Source: Actinomycetes bacterium (lineage in GTDB: Bacteria; Actinomycetota; Acidimicrobiia; Acidimicrobiales; Bog-793). Taken from it: 64,000 nucleotides of DNA. Under the pieces are notes generated by a model that worked only from the letters and a program-made list of their open reading frames with translations, was not told where the DNA came from and searched no databases. The position numbers and the translations under genes are program-made. Below, piece by piece: positions 21,101 through 30,653 of this stretch. Within the stretch, counting starts at the first letter, position 1. Each line of letters starts with the position of its first letter. The stretch spans positions 7,974 to 71,973 of the forward strand of contig JAKCCH010000001.1 of assembly GCA_021838945.1 (NCBI GenBank). Direction: 5' to 3'.

Positions 21101-21331
21101 GTCGCGTGGTACACCGTCGTCGGGCCGACCATGGGCAAGGCGGCGATCTACCTCGACGGCCACCTCGTGGCCACCGTGAACAACGGCGCCGCCTCGGTGA
21201 AGGCGAACGTCGTCCGGACGGTGAAGGGCCTCTCGGACGCTCTGCACGTCCTCACCATCAAAGTTCTCGGCCAGCACACCAAGGTCTCGTCCGGCACCGG
21301 TGTGGCGGTCGTGCGCTTCAAGGTGACCTGA
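18101..21331 (+). CDS. large secreted all-beta surface protein (1076 aa)
   Basis: ATG at 18101 follows gggggcaggcac. It has a signal peptide (MKHRTTRLAAGAFAASLAFLGLAAMPAGA) and is Thr/Ser/Ala/Val-rich with Ig-like segments such as DGTHTFAVQAFNQAG...YTWTVDTLPP. The C-terminus holds two paralogous modules of about 110 aa. Confidence 0.8.
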   Translation: MKHRTTRLAAGAFAASLAFLGLAAMPAGATTSAAPPSVAAAAVFPIVAGSTAPLGDISVTESLPGQLQLGSVLTFRFSDSSSAATLHFTAPGTASGTNGLAASVALSSSSGSLDDEMLVTITGSSASSTFPGVLTLSGLTASADSGAALGSDIVTVSGPVFTSPATVSDANVISSSATKATYAAQSTPTILPTANVQDAGIVTITEPVKSYFHAGDVITLNLRDATGSANTIGLAATPYAAGGSMTVGVTGLNGSSVQVNDTGFEVDVIAGDPSQGSASSITISNIVLDTAEAPLGPVTLSAAVTAGPDVGTALIVPGRVTIANVGGTTTTTSAGAPTLAAGETGQTAGNISMAVTAGSLVHNDTITFSLSTPGVTFNATTLPVATVTTGDLVLDNATASLGTGDTSVSWTVATGNLAASTIVVGPILYDVASSAVAGAPVEVAVAGEAGSAVTAAQVTNAVIASTTAPGSFAAPVTIPSTGTPPFDGASITYTETSAGSTPVGASLVLVSPYASQIAAYRTTFAEVPTVTTTGGLTLGPATVNSSTILVPTPSGTITAPPQTVASFPVTAASSGSAGTAMISGLSFTLGSFVPPGAFIVTGVVEASGGASALASNQTVDLVNTRGLGTSSATTPPVVTLTETPPSISGSSAATFAYISDEPGSTFSCALDTVIVSLDCPASITLPSLTDGTHTFAVQAFNQAGIGSAVVSYTWTVDTLPPTASLGALASLTSPVVVAFSKPVDHVSSSTVLLDVVPPSGAPVAVSARMSCTPASGTAGPCQATDFYTSVSLQPTSALISGQHYEVMLDPSGATPEIADQAGNVLASATLAFRGTLQVLPGAPGTTAKWSVVKAAAAIDGSYAEDDVAGAAMSYSFTGTSVTWRTVEGPNQGKAAVYIDGALKRTVNSYSSSFKYKVAQTFTGLAKGPHTIRVVVLGEKGAKAATGDQVSVDAFAVGTKVTDQSNASVIQLWSLHKGSPATYVLDKEAGATYSFHFRGTAVAWYTVVGPTMGKAAIYLDGHLVATVNNGAASVKANVVRTVKGLSDALHVLTIKVLGQHTKVSSGTGVAVVRFKVT

Positions 21332-21354
21332 GCAAAGGGGCAGCGGCGACCCGC

Positions 21355-21675
21355 TCAGGCGTTCGCGACCTCGTAGGACCACAGCTCCGAGTGCACGGCG
21401 AGCGGACCGCCGTGCGGGCTGTGGGGACTCGGTGCCGCCGCGCCGGCGTGGCCGTGCGCGAAGGCGGGAGACGACACCCAGGCGTTGAAGGAGCCCTCGT
21501 CACGCCACCGAGTCACGACGAGCCACTGCGTCCTGCCGTCTGTCGGTCTCAACAGCTCGAAACCCTCGAACCCGTCCTGCCCGTCCACCGCCCCGGCCCG
21601 CGCCGCGAACCGCCGCGCCAGCTCGTCACCCCCCTCCTCGGGCACCGTGATGGCATTGATCTTGACGACGCTCAC
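21355..21675 (-). CDS. mhuD: heme-degrading monooxygenase, MhuD/IsdG (ABM) family
   Basis: GTG at 21675 gives VSVVKINAITVPEEGGDELARRFAARAGAVDGQDGFEGFELLRP...VVTRW...FNAW. This closely parallels the MhuD N-terminal pattern. The track start at 21843 would overlap the upstream GT gene. Confidence 0.65.
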   Translation of the reverse strand: MSVVKINAITVPEEGGDELARRFAARAGAVDGQDGFEGFELLRPTDGRTQWLVVTRWRDEGSFNAWVSSPAFAHGHAGAAAPSPHSPHGGPLAVHSELWSYEVANA

Positions 21676-21712
21676 GACCCGGATCGTAGAGGGTACGGAG
21701 GCGGCGCCGACC

Positions 21713-23005
21713 TCAGATGCGGGCCTGCCCCGCGACGAGCGAGGCCGCGAGGTGCACGCCGTCCCGGCGGCGGATCTCGTCGCCGATACTGGTGAGCCGC
21801 GCCCTCGGCCAATCGGCCGACAGCAGCTGGTCGATCGCCTCACGCAGCTCGTCGTCTTCGAACTCGTAGGTGGGGAGCCGCCGGCCGAGACCGGTCTCCT
21901 CTACGCGCTCGGCGTTGTCGTACTGGTCCCAGAAGAGCGGCAGCGACACCTGGGGCACGCCGAAGTGGAAGCACTCGGTCGTGGTGTTGTTGCCGCCGTG
22001 CGTGATGGCGAGGTCGACGAGCGGGAGCACCTTCGTCTGGGGCACCTGCGCCGCTCCCCACATGTTGTCGGCGAGCTCGTACTCGTCTGCAAGGGGTCCC
22101 TTGCTGACCACGTAGCGTTGCCGCGTCTCCGCCAGCACCCTGACGAGGCGCTGCATCAGCTCGACGTCGGCGGAGCCGAGCGAACCGAGGGACAGGTAGA
22201 CGATGGCCCGGTCGTCTGTTCGATGCACGAGCCAGTCCGGGAGGTCGGCTTCCGCGTCGACCTCGCGTACCGATGAGTCGAGCCGGTGCCAGGTCGCCGG
22301 GAGTGGTCGACGCCGCTCGTAGTCGGCGACCTCGGGATAGACGTAGAGGTTCAGGTCGGTCGACTCGTGGACGAACTCGAGGTCCGCGAGCGGAGGAGCT
22401 CCACACTCGATGACCCATTCGTTGAAACCCGCCCAGGTGTCACGATGAACCCGGTCGTACTCGGCGCGAAAGGCCGCCCAGCCCTCGTCGTCAGCCGCCG
22501 GGTAGCCGGAGAACTTCGGCGGCAGCGATGGATCCGGGATCTCGAGCGGGTTGCAGGAGACGATGCGCACGTAGGGCACGCCTGCAGTGAGCAGAGCGGG
22601 GAAGGCACAGACGTTGTCCTCGACGATGACGTCGGGCCGATGCCGATCGATGATGGCAAGGAGCTGGTCGTGGCAGTACCGGGCGCCCTCGAGGAGTGCC
22701 TCCCATGTCGGCAGGATGAAGCCCTCGAGCTGCTCGATCGTGGGGCGCCTGAAGACCGGCGCGGTGTCCCGGATGAAGTCTGCCCAGAACTTGCCCGCCT
22801 CGGCCTCCTCCTCGGCAGGCGGTGCCAGGTCGACCAAGTCCTCCTCGAACCCGAGTCTCTCGAGACGTCCCTTCCACGAGGCCTCTGCTGCGAAGACGAC
22901 GTGGTGACCGCGCCGGCGGAGGACCTCGGCGATGCCGATGCAGTTGTTCGTCGGCCCATAGGCGCTCTCGGGCATGAAGAGGAACGTCGCGCTCACGGAC
23001 CGCAT
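21713..23005 (-). CDS. GT1-family glycosyltransferase (MGT/UDP-glycosyltransferase-like)
   Basis: 430 aa with the C-terminal nucleotide-sugar motif THGGNNTTTECFHFGVPQVSLPLFWDQ. Confidence 0.8.
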   Translation of the reverse strand: MRSVSATFLFMPESAYGPTNNCIGIAEVLRRRGHHVVFAAEASWKGRLERLGFEEDLVDLAPPAEEEAEAGKFWADFIRDTAPVFRRPTIEQLEGFILPTWEALLEGARYCHDQLLAIIDRHRPDVIVEDNVCAFPALLTAGVPYVRIVSCNPLEIPDPSLPPKFSGYPAADDEGWAAFRAEYDRVHRDTWAGFNEWVIECGAPPLADLEFVHESTDLNLYVYPEVADYERRRPLPATWHRLDSSVREVDAEADLPDWLVHRTDDRAIVYLSLGSLGSADVELMQRLVRVLAETRQRYVVSKGPLADEYELADNMWGAAQVPQTKVLPLVDLAITHGGNNTTTECFHFGVPQVSLPLFWDQYDNAERVEETGLGRRLPTYEFEDDELREAIDQLLSADWPRARLTSIGDEIRRRDGVHLAASLVAGQARI

Positions 23006-23062
23006 CGTAGGAGTGCGGTGCCGGCCCTTCAGGCGCCGGCTCGGCCGTCAGCGGCTCGGGCA

Positions 23063-23899
23063 TCAGCGGCTGAGGCGGTATGCCACCGACGTGCCGAAAC
23101 GCTCCGCCACGAGGCCCTTGATCCCCGTCGGGAAGGCGGCCTTCGCCCTGAGGTGGTCGGCGACCAGCTCCCGCTGGGCATCGAGAGACCCATCGAACGC
23201 TGCCTGGCACAGCTCCGGTCGCGCGTTGGCGAGAGCGAGGATCGCACCCGCGCACCCGACGCCACCGGCGAGCGCGACCAGCGCGGACGAGCCGGTGTAG
23301 AGGGGTCGGTGGAACACCGAAAGAGTGGAGAACAGCCGGTCGGCACCCGCGGTCGAGTCCTTCAGCCCGTCGATCGGCAGGCTCGGCAACGCGTCGACCG
23401 GGATCCCCGGCGCGGACACGCTCGGGAAGTGGTAGCCGAGGACGGGGATGCCGGCGGCGGCCTTGACGACCGCGCCGTAATAGCCGGCGAGGTCCTCGCT
23501 TCCTGGTGGTGACAGTGCCAGCACGGCGTCTGCTCCGTCGTCGCGTGCACGCGCCGTGAGCTCGGCTGCCGTGCTCGCATCGTGCGCTCCGGTCCCTGCG
23601 ATGACCGGAACACCGGGTCCGGGTCCGACTCGCTCACGCACCGCTCGCAGGAGCGCCGTCCTCTCCTCGGGAGACAACGCCACCGCTTCACCGGTCGACC
23701 CGGCCACGACGAGGGCACGGACGCCGAGGCCGGCGAGCTGCGCGGCAAGGTCAGCCGTCGCCGCCGCGTCCAACGATCCGTCCTCGCCGAACAGCGTGAC
23801 GAGAGCGACGCCGACGCCGCGAAAGACGGGAGCTCGCCCGCTCTCCACTTCGAGGCCGTGGTCGCCGGTCGCAGCCATCCGGTCACTCTCGCCACTCAA
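23063..23899 (-). CDS. dihydrodipicolinate synthase/N-acetylneuraminate lyase family protein
   Basis: It carries the GSTGE motif and the Schiff-base lysine context IDGLKDST, and has a class I aldolase layout. Confidence 0.7.
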   Translation of the reverse strand: MSGESDRMAATGDHGLEVESGRAPVFRGVGVALVTLFGEDGSLDAAATADLAAQLAGLGVRALVVAGSTGEAVALSPEERTALLRAVRERVGPGPGVPVIAGTGAHDASTAAELTARARDDGADAVLALSPPGSEDLAGYYGAVVKAAAGIPVLGYHFPSVSAPGIPVDALPSLPIDGLKDSTAGADRLFSTLSVFHRPLYTGSSALVALAGGVGCAGAILALANARPELCQAAFDGSLDAQRELVADHLRAKAAFPTGIKGLVAERFGTSVAYRLSR

Positions 23900-23964
23900 C
23901 GCCGATGCTCCGGTGCAGCTGTCTCGGCCGTGAGGGTGGTGTCGCTCATGGCCGGTGCCTCAGT

Positions 23965-25101
23965 TCATGGCTCATCTTGACAAGACCGTAGTTGGGCCGG
24001 TTCGGGGACGCCGGGTGCGTTTCGGGCGAGAACCGGCCTCCGGCGAGAGAGCCATTCGAGCGCTCCGACGGCGGACCAGCCGGCAGCGATCATGAGCCAG
24101 TACGTCACGAGTCGCCACATGAGCACGGCCGACACGGCAGCGACGTGCCCCATCCCGTACGCGACGAGCACGACGGACAAGCTCCCCTCGATGACCCCGA
24201 GACCGCCGGGCACGACCGGGACGGAGCCGACGACCTGGGCGGCGCCATAGGCGAGGAGCACGCCGTGCCATGGGATCCCGGAGTGGACGGCACGCATGCT
24301 CGCGACGAGGCAGACGAAGTCACAGGTCCAGAACCCCGCACCGAGGGCAGCGACCTCGACCGTCGCCCGCCTGCTGAGCGGGATCTCTCGCATCTGCTGA
24401 AGCGCGACCTCGATGCTCCCGGCCGGCGACCCTGTCGTCCGCCGGCCTGTCGCACGGTGCGCGATGCGGACAACCACCGAGGCAAGCCGGAGCAACAGGT
24501 CCCGGCGTACGAGCACCGCTCCGGCCGCGAGGATGATCACGAGCGCCCCGAAAGCTGCCTCGGTGCCGACGCCGCCGGTCCCAGTCGCGAGCGCGACCAC
24601 CACTCCCCCGAGCAACAGGGCTGACATCCCGATCGCCTGGCTCATGAGGACGATAAAGAGCGTCCAGGCGGAGCCGGCGCTCGTCGCGCCCCAAGCCCGG
24701 TACTGCCGGTAGCGGTAGGCGCCGGACACCACGGGCTCGCCCGGCACGGAGTTGGCGATGCCGAGGTTCGCCATGGACAGGAGATAGAGGAGGCCAGTGC
24801 TCGGACGCACGCCGGTTGCCGACAGGGCGCGGCGCTGGAGCAACGCCAACATGAGAACCGCACCGATCTCTGCGAGCACCGCCACGAGCACCCAGAACGG
24901 CTGGACGTCACGGAGGCGCTGCAACGCGCCCGTCAACTCGCCTCGCTTGCCGACGAGCAGGACGATCACGAGGGCGAGAACGGCCAGACCCAACCCATAG
25001 CGCGCGACGGCCCACCACCCGCGCGACCGTCTTGGCAGATGCTCGCCCGCCTCGGGCAGGTCGCTCGAGGCCACCGCCGGAGCCGGTGGCCATGCGCTCA
25101 T
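23965..25101 (-). CDS. polytopic membrane protein, lysylphosphatidylglycerol-synthase TM-region/flippase-like (UPF0104) family
   Basis: It has about 8 TM segments and a family-like N-terminal region (LLVGKRGELTGALQRLRDVQPFWVLVAVLAE). The ATG at 25101 (MSAWPP) is preferred because the track start at 25185 would overlap the divergent sulfatase start. Confidence 0.55.
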   Translation of the reverse strand: MSAWPPAPAVASSDLPEAGEHLPRRSRGWWAVARYGLGLAVLALVIVLLVGKRGELTGALQRLRDVQPFWVLVAVLAEIGAVLMLALLQRRALSATGVRPSTGLLYLLSMANLGIANSVPGEPVVSGAYRYRQYRAWGATSAGSAWTLFIVLMSQAIGMSALLLGGVVVALATGTGGVGTEAAFGALVIILAAGAVLVRRDLLLRLASVVVRIAHRATGRRTTGSPAGSIEVALQQMREIPLSRRATVEVAALGAGFWTCDFVCLVASMRAVHSGIPWHGVLLAYGAAQVVGSVPVVPGGLGVIEGSLSVVLVAYGMGHVAAVSAVLMWRLVTYWLMIAAGWSAVGALEWLSRRRPVLARNAPGVPEPAQLRSCQDEP

Positions 25102-25147
25102 CCTTCCGACCGTAGCCAACCCCAATACGAGCGCGCTCTGACCGGGC

Positions 25148-27457
25148 ATGATCGCGTCCATGCCCCACGCCTTCGGCGGTCGCATCGGCCGCGACTGGAG
25201 AGAGTCCGAGCCCTGGTGGCCACCAGAGCCGCGCCCACCCGAGGGTGCACCGAACGTGGTGATGATCGTGCTCGACGACGTCGGATACGCCCAGCTCGGC
25301 TGCTACGGATCGGACATCGCAACCCCGGTCATGGACGGTCTCGCCGCCCGGGGGGTCATGCTCGCCAACTTCCACACGACGTCTTTGTGCTCGCCGACGC
25401 GGGCCTGCCTCATCACCGGTCGCAACCATCACCGCAACGCCATGGGGCGCGTGGCCGACCTCGCCGTCGGGTTCCCCGGCTACTGGGGCAAGCCGCCTCG
25501 CGAGAACGGCTTTTTGTCCGAGATCCTGCGCGCGACCGGCTATGCCACCTACGCCGTCGGGAAGTGGCACCTCACGCCCGAGGAGGAGATCAACATGGGC
25601 TCCTCACGATCCTCCTGGCCGCTCGGCCGCGGCTTCGACCGGTGGTACGGCTTCCACGGAGGCGAGACGCACCAGTTCATCCCGGCCCTCTACCACGACA
25701 ACCACGCCGCACGTCCGCCGCGCCGTTTCGAGGACGGATACCACCTCACCGAAGACCTCACCGACCGTGCGATCGAGTTCCTCGGCGACCTGCGCGCAGT
25801 CGACCCCGACAAGCCGTTCTTCCTCTACTACGCGACCGGGGCCTGCCACGCGCCGCATCAACCGCCACCGCACTGGCTCGCGCAGTACCGCGGTCGGTAC
25901 GACGTCGGATGGGACGCCTGGCGGGAGGCCGTCTACGAGCGTCAGCTCACGGGCGGGGTGCTGCCAGAGGGGACTCGCCTTTCTGCCCGGCCCGACTGGG
26001 TCCCTGCATGGGACTCGCTCACCGACGAGGCCAGAGCGGTAGCGGCGAGGTTCATGGAGTGCTTCGCCGGCTTCTTGTCCCATACCGACGAGCAGATCGG
26101 TCGGCTGTTCGAGTTCGTGGAGGATCTCGGCGAGTCCGAGCGCACGCTCGTGGTGCTCGTGTCCGACAACGGGGCGAGCGCCGAGGGCGGAGCGAGCGGG
26201 ACGATCAACGACGTCCGCCTCTTCAACATGGACTTCGTCACGGTCGACGAGATGTACCGGCGGATCGAGGAGATAGGCGGCCCCCTCAGCCACAACAACT
26301 ACCCGTGGGGGTGGACGATGGCAGGAAACACGCCGTTTCGCCGCTGGAAGCGAGAGGTCCACGAAGGCGGGATCGCCGACCCGTGCATCGTGTCGTGGCC
26401 GGCCGGCGGGCTCGCAGAGGGGGCGGTTCGCCACCAGTTCGCCCACGCCATCGATGTCCTCCCGACGGTGCTCGAGCTCGCGGGCGTGCCGCTCCCTGAG
26501 GTCGTCGACTCGGTCGAGCAATCGCGCGTGGACGGGATCAGCTTCGCGAAGCTGCTGCGTCCCGGCACGGCGAAGACTCAGGAGGCACACGTGACGCAGT
26601 ACTTCGAGATGTTCGGGTCGCGCGCGATCTACCACGCTGGCTGGAAGGCCGTGACGTTTCACCCGATCGCACCGCTGTACGACGACCAGAACCCCAACGC
26701 GCCGTTCGAGGAGGACGTCTGGGAGCTGTACCACGTGGCGTCGGACCTGTCCGAGACCGAGGACGTGGCTGCACTTCACCCGGACAAGGTGAGCGAGCTC
26801 GAGGCCGTGTGGTGGGAGGAGGCGACCCGCAACGACGTGTTGCCCCTCGACAACCGCGTCCTCTGGGCGATCCTGCACCCGCGCCCGGATCGCCGGCTGG
26901 AACGCGACCGGTACCGCTACTTCCAGGGCGGTGCCCAGGTGCCGGAGCATGTGGCGGTCAACGTTCGCAACCGGTCGCACGCGCTGACGGTCGACGTCGA
27001 CGTCCCGACCGATCCGGACGAGCGCGACGGCGTCCTGCTGGCACTCGGCTCGGCTCTCGGCGGCTGGAGCCTGCACGTGATCGACGGGCGCCTGCGCTAC
27101 GTGCACAACCTGTACGGAGCGGAACGGCACGTGGTCGAGAGCGGCGTCGTCCTCGAACCGGGACTGCGCCGCCTCGAGTACGAGTTCACGAAGGACTCGG
27201 GACCCGGTGGCGAAGGAGTCCTACGGTGCGACGGGGCCGAGATCGGTCGTGGCGACATCCCGAGGTTCACGCCATCGGGGTTCAACAACCTCGGGGTCGG
27301 GCTGACCTGCGGGTACGAGTGGGGTCCGGCCATCGGCGATGACTACGAGGCGCCCTTCCCCTTCGGTGGCCGCATCGTGCGCGCCGTCGTCGAGGCGCGT
27401 GGGCCGATCGTCCGCGACCCGCTGGCGGAGCTGGAGGCGATCCTGTCGGAGCAGTGA
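25148..27457 (+). CDS. arylsulfatase (formylglycine-dependent)
   Basis: The sulfatase signature LCSPTRACLITGRNHH (C-x-P-x-R) follows DDVGYAQLGCYG. The protein is 769 aa. Confidence 0.9.
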   Translation: MIASMPHAFGGRIGRDWRESEPWWPPEPRPPEGAPNVVMIVLDDVGYAQLGCYGSDIATPVMDGLAARGVMLANFHTTSLCSPTRACLITGRNHHRNAMGRVADLAVGFPGYWGKPPRENGFLSEILRATGYATYAVGKWHLTPEEEINMGSSRSSWPLGRGFDRWYGFHGGETHQFIPALYHDNHAARPPRRFEDGYHLTEDLTDRAIEFLGDLRAVDPDKPFFLYYATGACHAPHQPPPHWLAQYRGRYDVGWDAWREAVYERQLTGGVLPEGTRLSARPDWVPAWDSLTDEARAVAARFMECFAGFLSHTDEQIGRLFEFVEDLGESERTLVVLVSDNGASAEGGASGTINDVRLFNMDFVTVDEMYRRIEEIGGPLSHNNYPWGWTMAGNTPFRRWKREVHEGGIADPCIVSWPAGGLAEGAVRHQFAHAIDVLPTVLELAGVPLPEVVDSVEQSRVDGISFAKLLRPGTAKTQEAHVTQYFEMFGSRAIYHAGWKAVTFHPIAPLYDDQNPNAPFEEDVWELYHVASDLSETEDVAALHPDKVSELEAVWWEEATRNDVLPLDNRVLWAILHPRPDRRLERDRYRYFQGGAQVPEHVAVNVRNRSHALTVDVDVPTDPDERDGVLLALGSALGGWSLHVIDGRLRYVHNLYGAERHVVESGVVLEPGLRRLEYEFTKDSGPGGEGVLRCDGAEIGRGDIPRFTPSGFNNLGVGLTCGYEWGPAIGDDYEAPFPFGGRIVRAVVEARGPIVRDPLAELEAILSEQ

Positions 27458-27490
27458 CCGCCGGATCCCGAGGGATACGGTGGCAAGGCG

Positions 27491-29002
27491 ATGGACCGCT
27501 TCGACATCGTGATCCGAGGCGCGCGGGTCATCGACCCGGAGTCGGGGCTCGACGACGTCCGGCACGTCGGTGTCAACGGCGACGTGATCGCCGCGGTCAC
27601 GACGGACCCTCTCGAGGGACGCGTCGTCATCGAGGCGGGCGGGCGAGTCGTCGCTCCGGGCTTCATCGACATGCACAGCCACGCACAGACCCTCGGCGGC
27701 AGGCGTCTGCAGGCCTGTGACGGGGTCACGACCGCCCTCGACCTCGAGGCCGGCAGGAGCCCGACCGCCGGCGCGCACGCACGCGAGCAGGATGGCTCAC
27801 CCATCCATTACGGCTGGTCGGCATCGTGGGCACTTGCTCGCCACCGGGTCCTCGGTCGTCACGAGCCGGACGGCAGCGTCGGTGACGCCCTCCGGCTGCT
27901 CGGAGACATCTCGTGGCGCGGCACCCTCAGCCCTCGTCAGCTCGACGCGATGCTCGACCTGCTGAGGTATGACCTGGCCGACGGTGCGATCGGCATCGGA
28001 CTCCTGCTCGGGTACGCCCCGGAGATCCCGCCGGAGGAGTACCTCGCCGTCGCCCGGCTGGCAGCGAGCTCGGGCGTGCCGACCTTCACCCACTGCCGTG
28101 AGCTCGTGGAGGTCGCTCCGGCGGGCTTGGCCGACGGCGCCGAGGAGATCGTGCGGGCGGCCGCCGAGACCGGCGCACACATGCACTACTGCCACGTCAA
28201 CAGCTCGGCGAGCCGACACGTCGACCGGGTTCTCGGCCTCGTCGACCGGTGCCAGCGCGAGGGCGGGCGGGTGAGCACCGAGGCATACCCGTACGGATAT
28301 GCCTCGACGGTGATCGGGGCTGCGTTCCTTTCGGCCGAAGGACTGCGAGGACGGGGCCTCCGACCGAGTGCGCTGACGTACCTGCCGACGGGTGAGCGGA
28401 TCGCGGACGAGGGCCGGCTCGAGCAGCTTCGCCGAGACGATCCCGCCGGGCTCGTGATCCTGGACTTCCTCGACGAGGCGGACCCCGCGCAACGTGCCGT
28501 GCTGCTGCGCACCGTCGGCCGGGCGGATGTCATCACGGCGAGTGACGCCATGCCGCTTCTTCCCGTTGCGCCGGGCTTTGCCGAGGACACGTGGCCGATC
28601 GGTGCCGGGGCGGTGACGCATCCGAGGACGGCGGGGTGTTTCGCCCGGATGTTGCGGCTCGCGCGGGAGGAAGGGTGGGCGCTCGCCGAGGTCGTCCGTC
28701 GCTGCACCCTGATGCCCGTTCAGATGTTGGAGGGCGTCTGCCCGGCCATGCGGCACAAGGGGAGGGTGCAGGTCGGGTTCGATGCGGACCTCGTCGTGTT
28801 CGACCCCGCGAGCGTGACCGATCAAGCGTCACCTGCGAATTCGACCAGGGTCTCGTCGGGGATCACCGACGTGTTCGTGATGGGGACGCGCGTCGTGTCG
28901 GACAGCGAGCTCGACACGGCGGCACGGCCGGGGCGCGGGCTGCGAGGCAGCGGGCCGCCGGAGGGTCTCGCGCCCGCGGATCGGCGTAGCCTCTGGCGGT
29001 GA
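27491..29002 (+). CDS. amidohydrolase (N-acyl-D-amino-acid deacylase-like)
   Basis: The N-terminus is DIVIRGARVIDPESG with a metal motif PGFIDMHSHAQ. The protein is 503 aa. Confidence 0.7.
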   Translation: MDRFDIVIRGARVIDPESGLDDVRHVGVNGDVIAAVTTDPLEGRVVIEAGGRVVAPGFIDMHSHAQTLGGRRLQACDGVTTALDLEAGRSPTAGAHAREQDGSPIHYGWSASWALARHRVLGRHEPDGSVGDALRLLGDISWRGTLSPRQLDAMLDLLRYDLADGAIGIGLLLGYAPEIPPEEYLAVARLAASSGVPTFTHCRELVEVAPAGLADGAEEIVRAAAETGAHMHYCHVNSSASRHVDRVLGLVDRCQREGGRVSTEAYPYGYASTVIGAAFLSAEGLRGRGLRPSALTYLPTGERIADEGRLEQLRRDDPAGLVILDFLDEADPAQRAVLLRTVGRADVITASDAMPLLPVAPGFAEDTWPIGAGAVTHPRTAGCFARMLRLAREEGWALAEVVRRCTLMPVQMLEGVCPAMRHKGRVQVGFDADLVVFDPASVTDQASPANSTRVSSGITDVFVMGTRVVSDSELDTAARPGRGLRGSGPPEGLAPADRRSLWR

Positions 29003-29412
29003 CCGCGCAGATCCCGCTCGTCGACTACCTCGTCCTCGACCCGGAACCGCATCTGATCGCGCACGAGTGCGACGGCTGCGCCGCCCGCTACTTCGACCGC
29101 CGCAACGCCTGCGCCTCCTGCGGGGGGACGGCCTTCCACGACGAGGACGTCACCACGGTCGGCGAAGTGCGCGCCTTCACCATCGTGTCGCTCGCGGCGC
29201 CTGGCATCCCAGTCCCCTTCGTGGCCGCCGTCGTCGACTGCGGTGGGACGAGCGTGCGCGCCAACCTCGTGAACGTCCCGCCTGACCCCGCCCACGTCCA
29301 CACCGGCATGAAGGTCCGCCTGGCGACCCAGGTCGTGGGCACGGACTCGTCCGGGGTGGAGGCGCTGGGCTTCGGATTCGAGCCACTGGAAGGAGCCACC
29401 GATGGCCAGTGA
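28999..29412 (+). CDS. Zn-ribbon/OB-fold protein (DUF35 family)
   Basis: A GTGA overlap links it to the upstream stop. It has a C4 ribbon (CDGCAARYFDRRNACASCGG) and is paired with a thiolase, as is typical for this family. Confidence 0.75.
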   Translation: MTAQIPLVDYLVLDPEPHLIAHECDGCAARYFDRRNACASCGGTAFHDEDVTTVGEVRAFTIVSLAAPGIPVPFVAAVVDCGGTSVRANLVNVPPDPAHVHTGMKVRLATQVVGTDSSGVEALGFGFEPLEGATDGQ

Positions 29413-30607
29413 GGACATCTGGATCCTCGGGATCCACATGACCAAGTTCGGGAAGCACCCCGACAAGGACACCGTCGACCTCGCCACCGAGGCCGCCCTC
29501 GGTGCCCTCGCTGACGGTGGCGTCACGATGCGCGACGTCGGAGTGCTCGCCGCCGGCAACCTCATGGGCCGAGGCGCCGGGATCGGTCAGCTGATCCAGA
29601 AACAGGTCGGCCAGACCGGCATCCCCGTCTACAACGTCGCGAACGCCTGCGCCACAGGCGCCACCGCGCTCCGCACCGCCATCATGGCCATCAAGGCAGG
29701 CGAGTGCGACATGGGGCTCGCCGTCGGCGTCGAGAAGCTCGCCGGCGCCGGCCTGCTCACCGGCGGCTCACGGGCGACCGAGAAGGACACCTGGGAGCGA
29801 AGCGGGCGGTACGGCGAGGTGGCGGCACTCGACGGGCGCGTCGGCACCGAGACGATGCCAGGCGTGTTCGCGCAGATCGGCATGGAGTACGCCCATCGCT
29901 ACGGCGGGATCGACTTCGAGCTCTTCGCACAGATCGCCGAGAAGAACCATGCGCACTCGACGCTGAACCCGCTCGCGAGCTACCAGAAGCGCTTCACGCT
30001 CGAGGAGATCATGAACGACGTCATGATCTCCTTCCCGAACACGCGGCCGATGTGCTCGGCGAACTGCGACGGGGCGGCGGCGGCCGTCGTCGTCGACGAC
30101 TCGAAGCTGAAGACGCTCTCAGGTTCCCAGCAGCGGAGGGCCGTCAAGGTCAGCGCCTCGATCCTCACGACGGACCCGTGGGAGGAAGCCTGCCAGGTGC
30201 TGCCGAACGTCAACACGCTGACGCGAAATGCAGCGGCGCAGGCATACGAGGCGTCGGGCATCGGGCCGGAAGACCTCGATCTCGTCGAGCTGCACGACTG
30301 CTTCGCCACGGCCGAGCTCGTGCACTACGACAACCTGATGCTCTGCGAGCCGGGCGGAGCGGCCGATCTGTTCCGCTCGGGGGCGACGTGGCGGGACGGC
30401 CGGATTCCCGTGAACGTTTCGGGCGGCCTCGAGTCGAAGGGGCATCCGATCGCCGCCACCGGGATCGCCAACGTCTGGGAGATCTGCCATCACCTGCGCG
30501 GAGAGGCAGGCGACCGCCAGATCGAAGGCGCGAAGGTCGGTCTGGCCCACGTCATCGGCCTCGGGTCTGCCTGCGGCGTGCACGTCCTCGAGCGCGCGGC
30601 CGCCTGA
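29402..30607 (+). CDS. thiolase-fold protein (SCP-x/lipid-transfer type)
   Basis: 401 aa with the active-site Cys context YNVANACATGATAL. It overlaps the DUF35 gene by 11 nt. Confidence 0.85.
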   Translation: MASEDIWILGIHMTKFGKHPDKDTVDLATEAALGALADGGVTMRDVGVLAAGNLMGRGAGIGQLIQKQVGQTGIPVYNVANACATGATALRTAIMAIKAGECDMGLAVGVEKLAGAGLLTGGSRATEKDTWERSGRYGEVAALDGRVGTETMPGVFAQIGMEYAHRYGGIDFELFAQIAEKNHAHSTLNPLASYQKRFTLEEIMNDVMISFPNTRPMCSANCDGAAAAVVVDDSKLKTLSGSQQRRAVKVSASILTTDPWEEACQVLPNVNTLTRNAAAQAYEASGIGPEDLDLVELHDCFATAELVHYDNLMLCEPGGAADLFRSGATWRDGRIPVNVSGGLESKGHPIAATGIANVWEICHHLRGEAGDRQIEGAKVGLAHVIGLGSACGVHVLERAAA

Positions 30608-30653
30608 TCCCCAATCGGAGCGCCCAGATGGTGCCGGGAACCCCCGCGCCGCA

